This document shows, piece after piece, positions 1-10,655 of a DNA stretch of 43,079 nt. A program made the position numbers and the translations under genes. The stretch's first letter is position 1. Every line of letters starts with the position of its first letter. The stretch comes from a virus. Its lineage: Duplodnaviria; Caudoviricetes. The stretch is taken from positions 1 through 43,079 of the IMG/VR virus record IMGVR_UViG_3300010316_000017; one strand, 5' to 3'. A model generated the notes under the pieces. That model was not told the DNA's origin and made no database searches. It was given only the letters and a program-made list of their open reading frames with translations.

Positions 1-1285
1 CTCCTTGAATACCCTGAGCGCCGTCTAATCCATCGGCTCCTGCGATTCCTTGAGGGCCATCAGCTCCAGTATTTCCTGTAATTCCCTGAATCCCTTGTGG
101 TCCTGTTGCCCCATCCAAACCATCTGCCCCAGCCGCTCCTGTTAATCCTTGAACACCTTGTGCCCCATCAGCTCCAGCTGCACCAGTATCACCTTGGATT
201 CCTTGAGGACCCGTAGGACCTGTATCTCCTTTAACCCCTTGATCTCCTTGTATACCTTGAAGACCCGTATCTCCAGTAATACCTTGGATTCCTTGAGGAC
301 CCGTATCTCCGTCTAACCCGTCTGCACCCGCTGCACCAGTAATACCCTGGATCCCCTGAGGACCTGTAGGACCTGTAGCGCCTGTATCGCCTGTATCTCC
401 TTGAATCCCTTGGATACCTTGTGGTCCTGTTGCACCGTCTAATCCATCAGCTCCTGCCGCTCCTGTGATACCCTGTATTCCTTGAATACCCGTATCTCCA
501 GTAATACCAGTATCACCTGTTATACCTTGGATTCCTTGCGGGCCTGTAGGACCCGTAGGTCCAGTATCACCAACATCTCCTTGAATCCCTTGGATACCTT
601 GAGCTCCATCATCGCCATCTAATCCAGCAGCACCTGTAGCCCCTACTGCTCCTTGAATTCCTTGAATCCCCTGAGGACCAGTAGCTCCCGTATCGCCTTG
701 AATTCCTTGAGGCCCTGTTGCTCCTTGAATACCCGCGTTACCTTGAATACCTTGTGGCCCTGTTAGATCACCTCCATCAAGCGACCACGCCCCTAACGCT
801 TTTACGTATGTCAGGCCAGTAACTGTATCTACAAATGTGTCTCCATTAATACCCTGAGTAGTAGGTGGAATAATACCTGAAAGAACACTAAAACCTTGAA
901 CTCCTTGATCACCGTCTATTCCTTGAATACCCTGAGGCCCTGTTGCACCTTGAATCCCTTGAGATCCTGTTATACCTACTTCTCCTTGAATTCCTTGAGC
1001 CCCTGTGTCTCCTTGAATTCCTTGAGGCCCTGTAGCGCCTTGGACTCCTTGAATACCTGCATTTCCTTGAGGACCTACATCTCCCTGGATTCCTTGAGGA
1101 CCAGTATCACCTTGAATTCCTTGAGGGCCAACGTCTCCCTGAGGCCCTTGAGGACCCATAGGGCCTTGAGCGCCCTCTTTTGCTTTACCTATATAGGCTT
1201 TTACTACCTCTTGTCTATCAACAACACGTACACGGACTATTTCCTGTTCTTCTACGACATTTACTCTCGATATTTCACTAGCCAT
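1..1285 (-). CDS. Collagen-like (Gly-X-Y repeat) tail fibre protein, 3' end truncated by window edge
   Basis: Absent from the ORF track because it is open at the edge. Manual minus-strand translation from ATG 1285 gives [62 protein letters not shown]... G-X-Y triplets run to base 1, with one non-collagen insert ([49 protein letters not shown], ~755-895). An in-frame TAA lies just upstream of the ATG. Confidence 0.9.
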   Translation of the reverse strand, partial: MASEISRVNVVEEQEIVRVRVVDRQEVVKAYIGKAKEGAQGPMGPQGPQGDVGPQGIQGDTGPQGIQGDVGPQGNAGIQGVQGATGPQGIQGDTGAQGIQGEVGITGSQGIQGATGPQGIQGIDGDQGVQGFSVLSGIIPPTTQGINGDTFVDTVTGLTYVKALGAWSLDGGDLTGPQGIQGNAGIQGATGPQGIQGDTGATGPQGIQGIQGAVGATGAAGLDGDDGAQGIQGIQGDVGDTGPTGPTGPQGIQGITGDTGITGDTGIQGIQGITGAAGADGLDGATGPQGIQGIQGDTGDTGATGPTGPQGIQGITGAAGADGLDGDTGPQGIQGITGDTGLQGIQGDQGVKGDTGPTGPQGIQGDTGAAGADGAQGVQGLTGAAGADGLDGATGPQGIQGITGNTGADGPQGIAGADGLDGAQGIQG

Positions 1286-1326
1286 ATTACATCTTTATTA
1301 ATAGACAATGCTTACTACAGTCTTTA

Positions 1327-1692
1327 TTAAACTTCTGGAATTACTGCTTTTGTTACAGAAGGGTCTACTTGCATAGTACCCCCTACCCAAGTTTTTTTAT
1401 TACCTCCTGTAAACTCAAATTCTAGATCGTAATAATATCGGCCAACACGCCAGTCCAGAGATTCTACTTCATCCCATGTAATAACACCACCAACTTGATC
1501 TTTCCAAGATAACCCAGCCCCTAGTGTGTAATCCCCAGTAAGTTTTCCATTACTTCCTCCGTATCTAAACTGCACATGCGCGCCAACGACATCTGAAAGA
1601 TCCTTAGGAGCTCCGTCCTCTTCGTAAAATTCCCAATCAGCCGTACTAGAGGTATCTCCAGAAATTCTCGGCCATAAGTTCCATACATCCAT
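1327..1692 (-). CDS. Small beta-rich tail fibre adaptor protein (BppU N-terminal-like)
   Basis: Pattern GDT...DGAPKDLS...GVITW...GRYYYDLEF...KTWVGGTMQV resembles phage fibre-attachment domains. It lies between two fibre genes. Confidence 0.55.
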   Translation of the reverse strand: MDVWNLWPRISGDTSSTADWEFYEEDGAPKDLSDVVGAHVQFRYGGSNGKLTGDYTLGAGLSWKDQVGGVITWDEVESLDWRVGRYYYDLEFEFTGGNKKTWVGGTMQVDPSVTKAVIPEV

Positions 1693-1717
1693 ATTATTTG
1701 TATTTAAAATTATGTTT

Positions 1718-4700
1718 TTACACGACTAGTTCTACAACTTCTAAGCTACCTACTATTTGAGGGACCGTATAGATATATGCAGTATCTCCAGTACCTAGAA
1801 CTACAACATTAAATAATCCAGCGTCAATAGCTCCACCACCGTTAGTGAAAGAGAGTGCTCCCCATGAGGTAAGTACTCTAATTATTAAATATACAGGAGT
1901 TCCGTCAGTAAGTCCTCCAGCAAGTGCTACTGGTATAGGTCCTGCAACTTGTGGGAAAGGGCTCATAAATAAAGCTGGATCCACATTAGCGTTATAATCT
2001 ACAATGTCCTGAGCAGTGCCTAAACTACCTAGTTGAATCTTTCCTTGACCAGTACTTATAAACATGTCTGCAGCGCTTATATAGGCTGTATTACCAAGTT
2101 CTATTTGAACAGCTAATGTATTGACTACAACATTAACAACTGCGTAAGTTTGATATTCTACATCTACAGCACTTTCCTTAACTTTCACATAATATACCCT
2201 AGTATAGTCTTCCTCCGTAGCTACTGTGATAGCGTCCGCAGTAGAGTCTACAATACTAGTGGCCGCAGAAGTACCGCTTGCAATAATATTTTCAGGTTGG
2301 TCAGTTAGATTTAAAGGATCTCCTTCCTGCACCACTTTCCAATCCAAAGTAAGTGCCCCGGCATTTGTTATAGTAGTATCTAAGGTTATGCTAGGAGAAC
2401 CTGCAGCGCTGATAAGAACTGTGCTAGGCGTAATTACTGCGGCTATATAAGAAACTGAAACATCTACTGTAAGAGGAGATGTGTCTAAGGTAACAAATTC
2501 ACCACCTGCTTCCTTGACTTGCAATAAGTAACTATATGCGCTTTCTTCTCCAGGTGAAGGTGTGAGGGTATCAGCAAATACACTGTTTAGACTCACTGCC
2601 CCTGAACCTGAGACCACTACTGCATAAGACAAGCCTTGTACGCGTAATATTTTCCAGTCGTAAGTGACTAGGTTGTCGTTAACTATCTCGTATACTAAAG
2701 AAACAGCGCTTTCAACAGCCCCTGTTAAAATACTTGGAACAGCGTGGATAGTCCCTCTCAGAGGAGCTTTTGTTCCTGCAACTACTGCTACAGTGATAGA
2801 CGTGATGTCTTCCAGCATATAGGCAGCATCCACCGAGCTTTTACTCTCTAATAAATATTCAGTAGTGTAACTGTCCCCTAGCTCAGTACTAAAGGTTATA
2901 GGAAGTTCTGCCACTACTGCTGTTAAAGATGTAGTGCCTGAGGCTAATACCACTATGGCAGGTGTTCTACCAACTCCCTGAGATCTGATTCTCCACTCAA
3001 AAGTATCTCCGGAAAGATTGGCTAAGCTGTAATCAATTTTTATAACTGTAGTTCCAGCAGAATCTACTAAAGGTACTGCAGCTTCTACTGTCCCAGTGAT
3101 ATCGATATCGCCTATAGCTACCGTAGCAGAAGAAGATATGTAATCAGAATATACCGTTTCTCCAGGCAGTTTAATAGCCAAAGTATAGGTTCTCTCAAAG
3201 GCGTCATCGGAAAGCACATCTATAGAATCTACAATAAAACTAGCTACGCTGGATTGAACCCTGCCAGACGCTACAATAGACGTGTCTAAAGAAAACCTTC
3301 CCGCAGGAACGGAGATAGCAGTAACTTTATAGTCAAATATAACTCCCGTGAATTGAGCCGCATAATTTGTTTGTATTGTAACTGGACCAGTACTTGCTAT
3401 TAAAGCTGGAAGAGTTGTTATACTTGTAACACCTTCTGATTCTACCTCGATAACTAAAGAATCACTTGCTAATACTCTAGGGGTTCCACCATCAATAGCC
3501 ACTTCTATAGCATAAACATAAGTAGTACTTTGACCTTCAGTAGCTGTAAAAGTGTTTGTAGCAGTAGCACTAACCGCTCCAGAGGTAGTTCCTGTAGCCA
3601 CAACAAGTGGATAAGTAGTTGCACCTAGTTCTGTTCTTGTTAGACTCCATACTATAGAAATCGCTCCATCATTTACTATAATGTATTCTATATCTATATC
3701 AGTAGCCACATTTGCTGTCCTTATAGCAGCTGGAACAACCGAAACAGATCCTGAAGGAGCGTCTATTCCCGTATCCACCTCAGCTACGTTCTCAGCTAAA
3801 AATACACCTATGGAATCAGAGGCTTCTAATTTATAAAGTTTATAATGTATATCATAATCTGCGTAAGGAGCAACAACCCATGCATCTGCATAACTACTAG
3901 AAACTGACTGATCAGATGTTCCTTGAGCAAGTAATACAGGTGTTGTAATTACTCCTGAAGGATAATGAATCTCTTGATATAAAAACCAAGAGTAGTCCAC
4001 TAACGCTGGATTATCTACTATATAGTCCACATCTATGGTGATAGCGCCCTCCTCTGTGAAGAGCTGAGGAGTGATAAAGATATCTCCTGTGATAGGAGGA
4101 GATGCCGCTGTATATAAATAATCTGCTTGTGCAAAAACAGTTCCTGAACCAGTCCCATTCGCCATTGTATAAGTAACTCCTAATGTAAAAACTAATCCTC
4201 CTCCGGGATTGGCTAAGAACTCAGCCTCTGTTACAATATATTGTAGTAATATAGAATCCCCTGCGGTATCTTGAGTGACCCCATCTGTGGTTATTAAACC
4301 AGAGCCGTTGAACAAAGAAAGAGCACGTCCTGCTTTGGATATAGTCCATCTAATAGGTAACTGAGCCCCATTTTGATTAATAACAAAATTTAATAGTATA
4401 GGCTCGTCTTCTCCCGAGGCTGGAGTGGTGTAAAAAGATATAATTTCTGGAGGAACACTTGTAATATTAACAACAGCTCCAAGATTGTAATGATAAGCAA
4501 CTTGCATAGGCATGTTACCCGCGTCCGTAGCGCTTCCAGCCTCTGCAGGAATAGAAATAACTTTCACAGTATTTGGTCTTATCACCTCGTAATGAATATC
4601 TTTTATAAGAGTAGTACCATTTAACGTGACGTACACAACTTCGTGGATCTTCATCTTAGTTGGAAAGATCAGTGGAAGATTTTCTACTGATATATTAAGA

Positions 4701-4789
4701 TACTCCATAGTGAAGTTCACATTATTTTGTCTAACGATCAATTCACTCGTCATTATATCGTGAATATTCTTAACTTCTAAACCTGCCAT
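1718..4789 (-). CDS. Tail fibre/spike or decoration protein with ~7 tandem Ig-like repeats
   Basis: 1023 aa, rich in V/T/S/A. A ~110 aa unit recurs: G-x-I-x3-P...I-x-I-x-Y-x-I-x-N...(Y/F)-x-W-x-(L/I)...(V/L)-A-S-G-T. Directly downstream of the muzzle gene. Confidence 0.6.
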   Translation of the reverse strand: MAGLEVKNIHDIMTSELIVRQNNVNFTMEYLNISVENLPLIFPTKMKIHEVVYVTLNGTTLIKDIHYEVIRPNTVKVISIPAEAGSATDAGNMPMQVAYHYNLGAVVNITSVPPEIISFYTTPASGEDEPILLNFVINQNGAQLPIRWTISKAGRALSLFNGSGLITTDGVTQDTAGDSILLQYIVTEAEFLANPGGGLVFTLGVTYTMANGTGSGTVFAQADYLYTAASPPITGDIFITPQLFTEEGAITIDVDYIVDNPALVDYSWFLYQEIHYPSGVITTPVLLAQGTSDQSVSSSYADAWVVAPYADYDIHYKLYKLEASDSIGVFLAENVAEVDTGIDAPSGSVSVVPAAIRTANVATDIDIEYIIVNDGAISIVWSLTRTELGATTYPLVVATGTTSGAVSATATNTFTATEGQSTTYVYAIEVAIDGGTPRVLASDSLVIEVESEGVTSITTLPALIASTGPVTIQTNYAAQFTGVIFDYKVTAISVPAGRFSLDTSIVASGRVQSSVASFIVDSIDVLSDDAFERTYTLAIKLPGETVYSDYISSSATVAIGDIDITGTVEAAVPLVDSAGTTVIKIDYSLANLSGDTFEWRIRSQGVGRTPAIVVLASGTTSLTAVVAELPITFSTELGDSYTTEYLLESKSSVDAAYMLEDITSITVAVVAGTKAPLRGTIHAVPSILTGAVESAVSLVYEIVNDNLVTYDWKILRVQGLSYAVVVSGSGAVSLNSVFADTLTPSPGEESAYSYLLQVKEAGGEFVTLDTSPLTVDVSVSYIAAVITPSTVLISAAGSPSITLDTTITNAGALTLDWKVVQEGDPLNLTDQPENIIASGTSAATSIVDSTADAITVATEEDYTRVYYVKVKESAVDVEYQTYAVVNVVVNTLAVQIELGNTAYISAADMFISTGQGKIQLGSLGTAQDIVDYNANVDPALFMSPFPQVAGPIPVALAGGLTDGTPVYLIIRVLTSWGALSFTNGGGAIDAGLFNVVVLGTGDTAYIYTVPQIVGSLEVVELVV

Positions 4790-4800
4790 AATATTTTCTT

Positions 4801-7800
4801 TTAGTTGTAACTAATCCCTAGTGTTGAAACTATCCCTTGAATCATTGTCTTATTATTACCTGTATAAATAAATTTTATCCTTATGTGTTTGTCTCGGATG
4901 CGCTTATTGTTTGCATCTGCTCTAGTAAAACCTACTTTTCCAACTTCTATAAATAGATTACTGTTTTTATAATACGCATTTTCATCTAAAATCCCAAGAC
5001 GGAGATAATTTCTTCCACTATTATTTCTAGTTGTTATCGTTTGCTGGGTAATAGTAGTCTTAGCGTGCTCCCCCCAAATATTTATAGCAGCGTCATTAAC
5101 ATCCCCAGAAGTTTCGTAAATAACCTGTATAGGTACACTCTTATTACATATCAATCTAAGGTTCTCCAATATCTTTTCAACCGTAGAATAATCGTTTACA
5201 GTAATTTCAAAAGAGTGGTTATAATCCTGTCCTCTAAATTTACATCTCATATGTTCTCTCTCCATTCCCGGTATTCTAGGATTAAATAAGGCATCTTCTT
5301 TCCATATCTGCCCTAAAAGATACTCTCCCTCAGCTAATCCTGTAGTATACATATCAGAGTTGATGTACATAGCAAATTTATTTCCGTCAGAGCGCTCTGA
5401 CACCCATTTCTGTGTTAACAGATTATAGCTCAAAGTACCGACCAGATAGTGTTTTCTATCTCCTTCAGGGTCAGCTCTTTCCGCTACATAAGAAATATAA
5501 AAAGTTTTCTTAACGTTATCAAAAGTAGTGTATACTCTAGGCTCATATAACTCCCTACTTCCTGTAGTAAAAGATCCTGTCTCTATATCTTCCTTATAAG
5601 CTTTTATAATAGTTAGCACAGCAAAATCACTTATAGGAACTACATCTTTACCGTTAAACAACCATACAGTGTTTTTAAGGTAATCCACCCCAAGAACAGC
5701 TGATTCTACAGAACAAATAGACTCTGCATGCCGAGAACCGAGTTTAGAAGAAAATGTTATGGCCTTAGTACTTAATGCTTCGGCAGTATTTACAAACACA
5801 TCACTACCTTCAGCTACAAGTGTTTTTTCATCTACCCCTATACCAAGTATTCCATCATAATGTATTGACAATAACATGCCGTTTACATTTACAATTTTGG
5901 TTATAGGGCCGTATTCAATACCGTAATCCCTGCTATTAAAGCCTCTTAGATCTCGAAATGAATTTTCAAAGTCTTGTGACTGATTTTTTTCAGATAAAAG
6001 AATCCTGTTAGGAAATTCTGTAGCTAAAATAGCTGCGGTCTCTTCTATTTTAAAATAAGGTATAATATACTGATCTCCAGTATATCCGTGGTTATACACA
6101 ATAGAGTCAGGTCTTGAATCCCCCATCATCTGCTCTCTGTTAGGGTAAAAATCTTTGTCGTAGCCAAGAAGAGTTTTATCTGCGGTAGTAGTATCTAAAT
6201 CCACAGATCTTATATCTCCATTTATATTAGAATAATGAGCGAGCTCTATAATTTGACCAACGTCGTACAGATTACGTCCCTTATCTTTAAAATAGGAAAC
6301 AGGCCTATTATCTTTAACGTAGTTATGAAGAAGAAAATCAGTGACTCCTATCCCATATAATGCGGCGTCTTCTGGAGTTGCTGCGGTGGCGCCCACACCA
6401 CTTTTATATGTTATCCGTTTAAATATTCTTGATATAAACCCATCACCTCTCCAAACATCTATAGAAGCAGTGTTCACTAATGGAAGCGCTTTTTGATCTG
6501 TACATAGAAAGTATGGACTACTGCTATCATATTTAAAAATGTCTTTTATATCATCCTTCTTCCATCTACCTGTAGAAGATGAAAATACATTAGTGAGGTG
6601 CCCCAAGTTTACTATGGATTCATTAGCTACAAGAGGTACTCCTCTATACCTAAGAATTGATGTTGCATCATTATTTTGTCCCGATCCCTCAGTCTCGAAT
6701 TCCCCATTAAAAGTAGGCGCAGTAGGCCCTGCATGTACCACATTATTATAATAAATACTGGGAATAGAAGGTGACTTTATAGTAATGCCTATGTAGGATG
6801 AATATGACTGAGTCAATAATGCCACAGGAATATAAGCCACTGAGCGATCGTTGTCTTGAGTTGGATTCTCAACATAATAATTCCTTGCAGGAAAATCTAA
6901 TACTCTGTTTTGTCCGAAACCCCCTTGAATACCTGTATAATTTGTATTAGACCTTATATAATTATAGATGTCAGTCCTGATATCAGGATCAATTTCTCTT
7001 CTATAGTATGCTGCTATGACTCCTGTAGCGTACTGAGGAACTCCGAAAGTTCTGTCTATCTTGGATGTAAAACTATCCTGAGTATAACTAGAAGTTCCAT
7101 CGCTTACAAATAATAATTTAGTGTCTTCTCCCGCCACTTCCGTAAAAGTTGTGTTGTATGATATTTTACTAGCTATTCTGATTATAGCGTTTTGAGGAGT
7201 TTCTCTTGCCTGGTCAGAAGTAGTGTACGTACCCTGATCAACTTCAAGTAAATTGTCAGATTCTATACGCTCATTAAAAGGTGTAGGATTTCTTAAAGGT
7301 ACCCCAGAATAAGCTACTCTAGAGGTAGTGACTCCAAGCGGAGACATAGGCTCTACAACTGGACCTCCAGGACCTGTATTAGTGTTTAGACGAGCGTTCT
7401 GTATGTGAATGGCCGGCGAAGTTCCTGTTAAAGACTCTAATATAACCTGTTGATTAAGCTCTAACTCTACAGAATAAAAAGCTAAATGCATAGTATCTGA
7501 AAGTTCTGTAGAAGTGTTTAAAGTATGCTGATATTGTCTCCCATCCGATATTTCTAGAAGTTGCCCAACAGCTCCTGCAATTAAATTAGATACCTCCGTG
7601 CCCACCATACTCAATAGTTGAGTTGGCTGAGGTGCAAATACAGTATTAAAAACCTCTGGACCTATTGTAGTTTTTGTTTTAGGGTCTTCCGGAGCCGCAT
7701 CGATAGGAAGAAATTGAAAAGCCGTTTCAAACCTGGTATTTAAACCTATAGACGGCCTGCCCCAAATTCTTGCATCAGCACCTGTCAGATATTTATACCC

Positions 7801-9696
7801 TAAAGGGCAGTGTGGCATTGTAAAACGACTGTGTATATTATCCGATGCGTGGTTCTCATTTCCGTCATCATTAGTAATGAAATAAAGATTTATAGGCCCG
7901 TTTTTTCTACTTGGAGCTTTTAAAGTAGGGCAAGACATTCCCTGCATTAATACATTTTTAATCCTACGTCTTCTAACTATCTTATATCCTGTAACTATAT
8001 CTTTTAGAAAGATTGTTTTATCTCCAATCGCCATACTAAAATCAAGGAGCCCGCCTACATAGCATTTTAAGTAGGTAAGCGTTCTAAGCCCTACTCCGTC
8101 AGTATTTACATCATAAATCTGGCCAACCGTTTGTTCTGTACCGGCGTCAGAAGTTCCTCCTAACTCAGAAGTTCTAAAGATTCCTTTATGATTAATTAGA
8201 TTAGGGGTAGAAAAACCATCCACTGCAGCTGCTACAGTATCCAACTCTGCTTGGTCATAGTTAGGCCAGGTAAATTCATTGGTATCCAGCACGTTATCAA
8301 AGTTATCTAAACCTGTTAGTGGAAATGCCGGAGCGTCTCCTTTATTAAGCATTTTAAAAACTACCGCGAGTTCATATACTTCTCCTCTCCAGTAACCAAC
8401 TTTATTAGCAGCTGTTTCAGGATCTGAGTAATCAGTATCTATCTGCTCAGTGTCTTCCCATATGGTTATCGATTTAGCTGCCGCTTCCATAACAGTGAGC
8501 TCTTCCTCAGGCAGCGAGGATGTTACACCAGCTAAGGCCAGCCTATCACTGATTATTTCAACAGATCTGACAGTATCTACAGGGCTAAAAGAAGTGTTTA
8601 TCTCTGCTATATCGACTGCAGTAACAGACTCCAGGCCTGTATGTACTACAACTAAAGTAGTCTCATCCCCATTATACGAGTACAAATAATCTATTTTATA
8701 TGTCTCCGTTGTAGCTGTAGGATATCCGTCAAAAATAGCAAAGTACACTCTAATACCTGCATAGCTCTTGTCCAGCCCACTGAGTGCAAAGGATACTTTT
8801 TTATCAGACGCCTGTGATTTTGTTATCCCTAACGAACCGTTAGCAATCGGAATTAAAGGAGATTCATAGATTATATCTGTAGCGTTCCCTTCCTGACTTA
8901 CATACTTTAAAAAATATCGGTACCCTCCACCTTTCAGCACACCTCCAACACCTACCGTAGGGCCAGTCACTGTTATAGGATAGGCCGCGTTTTGTATAAG
9001 AGAAATACGCTCCCAGTCACCATCATTATAAACATTAGAGTCTTTTACCCCTCTACGTTCTGCTATTTTATATATTACATTAAGTTTTGTGTTTTTAAAT
9101 CTGGAGTTTATAATCCTGATTTTATTGGAGTCGTCTGTAAAAATTATATTGACAGAGCCGTCATAGGTCCCCTGTAAAACTATATCTATATATTTATGCT
9201 TTGTTAATGCAAATAACTTAGATACAAAAGGTTTAGTGTAGTCATCTAAAGCATCAGAAGTAGCAAAATTATGTAAAGGTCTAAATACCTCCTCTAATTT
9301 AGATACTCCTATATCCGGGTCATTTAAATCTTCCCACACAGGACTAGGAAAGGTTCCAACAGTGCCAGCTAAGAATTCTGCTTTATCGTTATCATCTACT
9401 TTAAAAGCTCCAGCGATAATATAAGCAATGTTGTTAAATACCTTTACTCCTTGAGGTATGAACGGGTATGTTATACCATCATCGATGTTATAATATGATC
9501 CAAGATCCATTATCTCATTAAAGATATTCTTATTAGTGTTACCTCGCTGGTTTTGAAGAATATATTGGTTATCCCCAACAGTAATTATCTCCATATTTAA
9601 AGCACTAGAGAGAGTGTTTTTAGGATTATTCATAGCGCTAAGATCCGCGACCAAGCCTCCGTCAAACGTATTATTTACTGTGATTTTTTTAGCCAT
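4801..9696 (-). CDS. Tail muzzle / tail stabilisation protein (crAss-like)
   Basis: 1631 aa. N-terminus NTFDGGLVADL...PKNTLSSALN..., internal GYWRGEVYELAVVF, C-terminal KRIRDKHIRIKFIYTG and its position after the ring and IHF-like genes match crAss-like muzzle proteins. Confidence 0.75.
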   Translation of the reverse strand: MAKKITVNNTFDGGLVADLSAMNNPKNTLSSALNMEIITVGDNQYILQNQRGNTNKNIFNEIMDLGSYYNIDDGITYPFIPQGVKVFNNIAYIIAGAFKVDDNDKAEFLAGTVGTFPSPVWEDLNDPDIGVSKLEEVFRPLHNFATSDALDDYTKPFVSKLFALTKHKYIDIVLQGTYDGSVNIIFTDDSNKIRIINSRFKNTKLNVIYKIAERRGVKDSNVYNDGDWERISLIQNAAYPITVTGPTVGVGGVLKGGGYRYFLKYVSQEGNATDIIYESPLIPIANGSLGITKSQASDKKVSFALSGLDKSYAGIRVYFAIFDGYPTATTETYKIDYLYSYNGDETTLVVVHTGLESVTAVDIAEINTSFSPVDTVRSVEIISDRLALAGVTSSLPEEELTVMEAAAKSITIWEDTEQIDTDYSDPETAANKVGYWRGEVYELAVVFKMLNKGDAPAFPLTGLDNFDNVLDTNEFTWPNYDQAELDTVAAAVDGFSTPNLINHKGIFRTSELGGTSDAGTEQTVGQIYDVNTDGVGLRTLTYLKCYVGGLLDFSMAIGDKTIFLKDIVTGYKIVRRRRIKNVLMQGMSCPTLKAPSRKNGPINLYFITNDDGNENHASDNIHSRFTMPHCPLGYKYLTGADARIWGRPSIGLNTRFETAFQFLPIDAAPEDPKTKTTIGPEVFNTVFAPQPTQLLSMVGTEVSNLIAGAVGQLLEISDGRQYQHTLNTSTELSDTMHLAFYSVELELNQQVILESLTGTSPAIHIQNARLNTNTGPGGPVVEPMSPLGVTTSRVAYSGVPLRNPTPFNERIESDNLLEVDQGTYTTSDQARETPQNAIIRIASKISYNTTFTEVAGEDTKLLFVSDGTSSYTQDSFTSKIDRTFGVPQYATGVIAAYYRREIDPDIRTDIYNYIRSNTNYTGIQGGFGQNRVLDFPARNYYVENPTQDNDRSVAYIPVALLTQSYSSYIGITIKSPSIPSIYYNNVVHAGPTAPTFNGEFETEGSGQNNDATSILRYRGVPLVANESIVNLGHLTNVFSSSTGRWKKDDIKDIFKYDSSSPYFLCTDQKALPLVNTASIDVWRGDGFISRIFKRITYKSGVGATAATPEDAALYGIGVTDFLLHNYVKDNRPVSYFKDKGRNLYDVGQIIELAHYSNINGDIRSVDLDTTTADKTLLGYDKDFYPNREQMMGDSRPDSIVYNHGYTGDQYIIPYFKIEETAAILATEFPNRILLSEKNQSQDFENSFRDLRGFNSRDYGIEYGPITKIVNVNGMLLSIHYDGILGIGVDEKTLVAEGSDVFVNTAEALSTKAITFSSKLGSRHAESICSVESAVLGVDYLKNTVWLFNGKDVVPISDFAVLTIIKAYKEDIETGSFTTGSRELYEPRVYTTFDNVKKTFYISYVAERADPEGDRKHYLVGTLSYNLLTQKWVSERSDGNKFAMYINSDMYTTGLAEGEYLLGQIWKEDALFNPRIPGMEREHMRCKFRGQDYNHSFEITVNDYSTVEKILENLRLICNKSVPIQVIYETSGDVNDAAINIWGEHAKTTITQQTITTRNNSGRNYLRLGILDENAYYKNSNLFIEVGKVGFTRADANNKRIRDKHIRIKFIYTGNNKTMIQGIVSTLGISYN

Positions 9697-9708
9697 GTTA
9701 ACTAGTAT

Positions 9709-10077
9709 TTATAATTTAATCCCCTCTATTTTTTTCTCCTTTATATCTAGAGTAACCTCGTTAATTTTATACTCTCTGGCCTTTCGTATTCTGCTAGCTA
9801 GTATAGTTTTATATCTAAACCCTGTACCTACTTCGGATGATTTTCCTCTGGTCTTTGTAATAGCTATCCTATTAATATACTTTTCAGTGTTATTAGCGTA
9901 CTCCTTCGGGAATATTTTCATACCCCTCATGCCTTTACCTAGATACGATGATACGATAGTAGACAGTCTTTTCAAGATTTTTCCCATCTCTCTTTCGTGA
10001 ATGAATGGAAATATCTCACAGAGCTCCTCTTTATAATCTGAAACGAATTTCGTTCGACCGTTTTCTCCACTTTTCAT
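9709..10077 (-). CDS. Small basic protein, possibly IHF/HU-like (crAss gene 53/54 position)
   Basis: 122 aa, basic. Overlaps the upstream gene. Synteny with IHF-like genes before the crAss tail stabilisation gene; the fold is not directly recognised. Confidence 0.4.
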   Translation of the reverse strand: MKSGENGRTKFVSDYKEELCEIFPFIHEREMGKILKRLSTIVSSYLGKGMRGMKIFPKEYANNTEKYINRIAITKTRGKSSEVGTGFRYKTILASRIRKAREYKINEVTLDIKEKKIEGIKL

Positions 10078-10654
10078 TTGCTTCTATTTGATCTGGAGAA
10101 TAACGATCTAACGTCACTCCCTCAGGCTTTATAAATGTTTTTCCAGCATTAACCAGGTCTACTATTTCAGAGTACAGTGCTGGTGGAACCTGTACTTTAC
10201 ACGGCCGGACTCGCGTCTTATACCGCATATCTAAAATAACTACAGGCCTTGTATAGCCCGTCACTTTTAAATCTATATCTGGAGTCTCATACCCCTCTCG
10301 TTGCTCAGGTCTTCCGTCTCTTATAACATCTTCGCCTACCGGTACATGCGCTATATAGAAAACCGATTTCATATTTTTTTGAAAATATACTAACTTTCCA
10401 TTCATCAGATCCCTAACAATAAGTTTTATAAGCTCGTAAAATATCCAGGAATACATACGTTGTCTAGTAGGCATTCCAAGTTTTCTTCCACTAAACCCTT
10501 TTTTGTATTTTACTGTAGGAACTCTAAGTTTTAGTATCTCCCTAAGTAGGGGGTTTACAGCAGTGTCTAAACTAAATTTAAGTTTTCTATCTTTAATGTC
10601 TCCATCATCATATTTTAAACCTATTTTTCCTCGGCTTATAAGCGGTAATGCCAT
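10031..10654 (-). CDS. Basic protein, putative IHF-like subunit of crAss tail module
   Basis: 207 aa. A helix followed by beta strands (IFYELIKLIVRDLMNGKLVYF...) is IHF/HU-like. Syntenic position. Confidence 0.45.
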   Translation of the reverse strand: MALPLISRGKIGLKYDDGDIKDRKLKFSLDTAVNPLLREILKLRVPTVKYKKGFSGRKLGMPTRQRMYSWIFYELIKLIVRDLMNGKLVYFQKNMKSVFYIAHVPVGEDVIRDGRPEQREGYETPDIDLKVTGYTRPVVILDMRYKTRVRPCKVQVPPALYSEIVDLVNAGKTFIKPEGVTLDRYSPDQIEANEKWRKRSNEIRFRL

Positions 10655-10655
10655 A

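Noticed and set aside
896-1330. 144 aa plus-strand ORF with SLNSLRP repeats
   Set aside because: Antisense shadow of the collagen G-X-Y gene on the minus strand.
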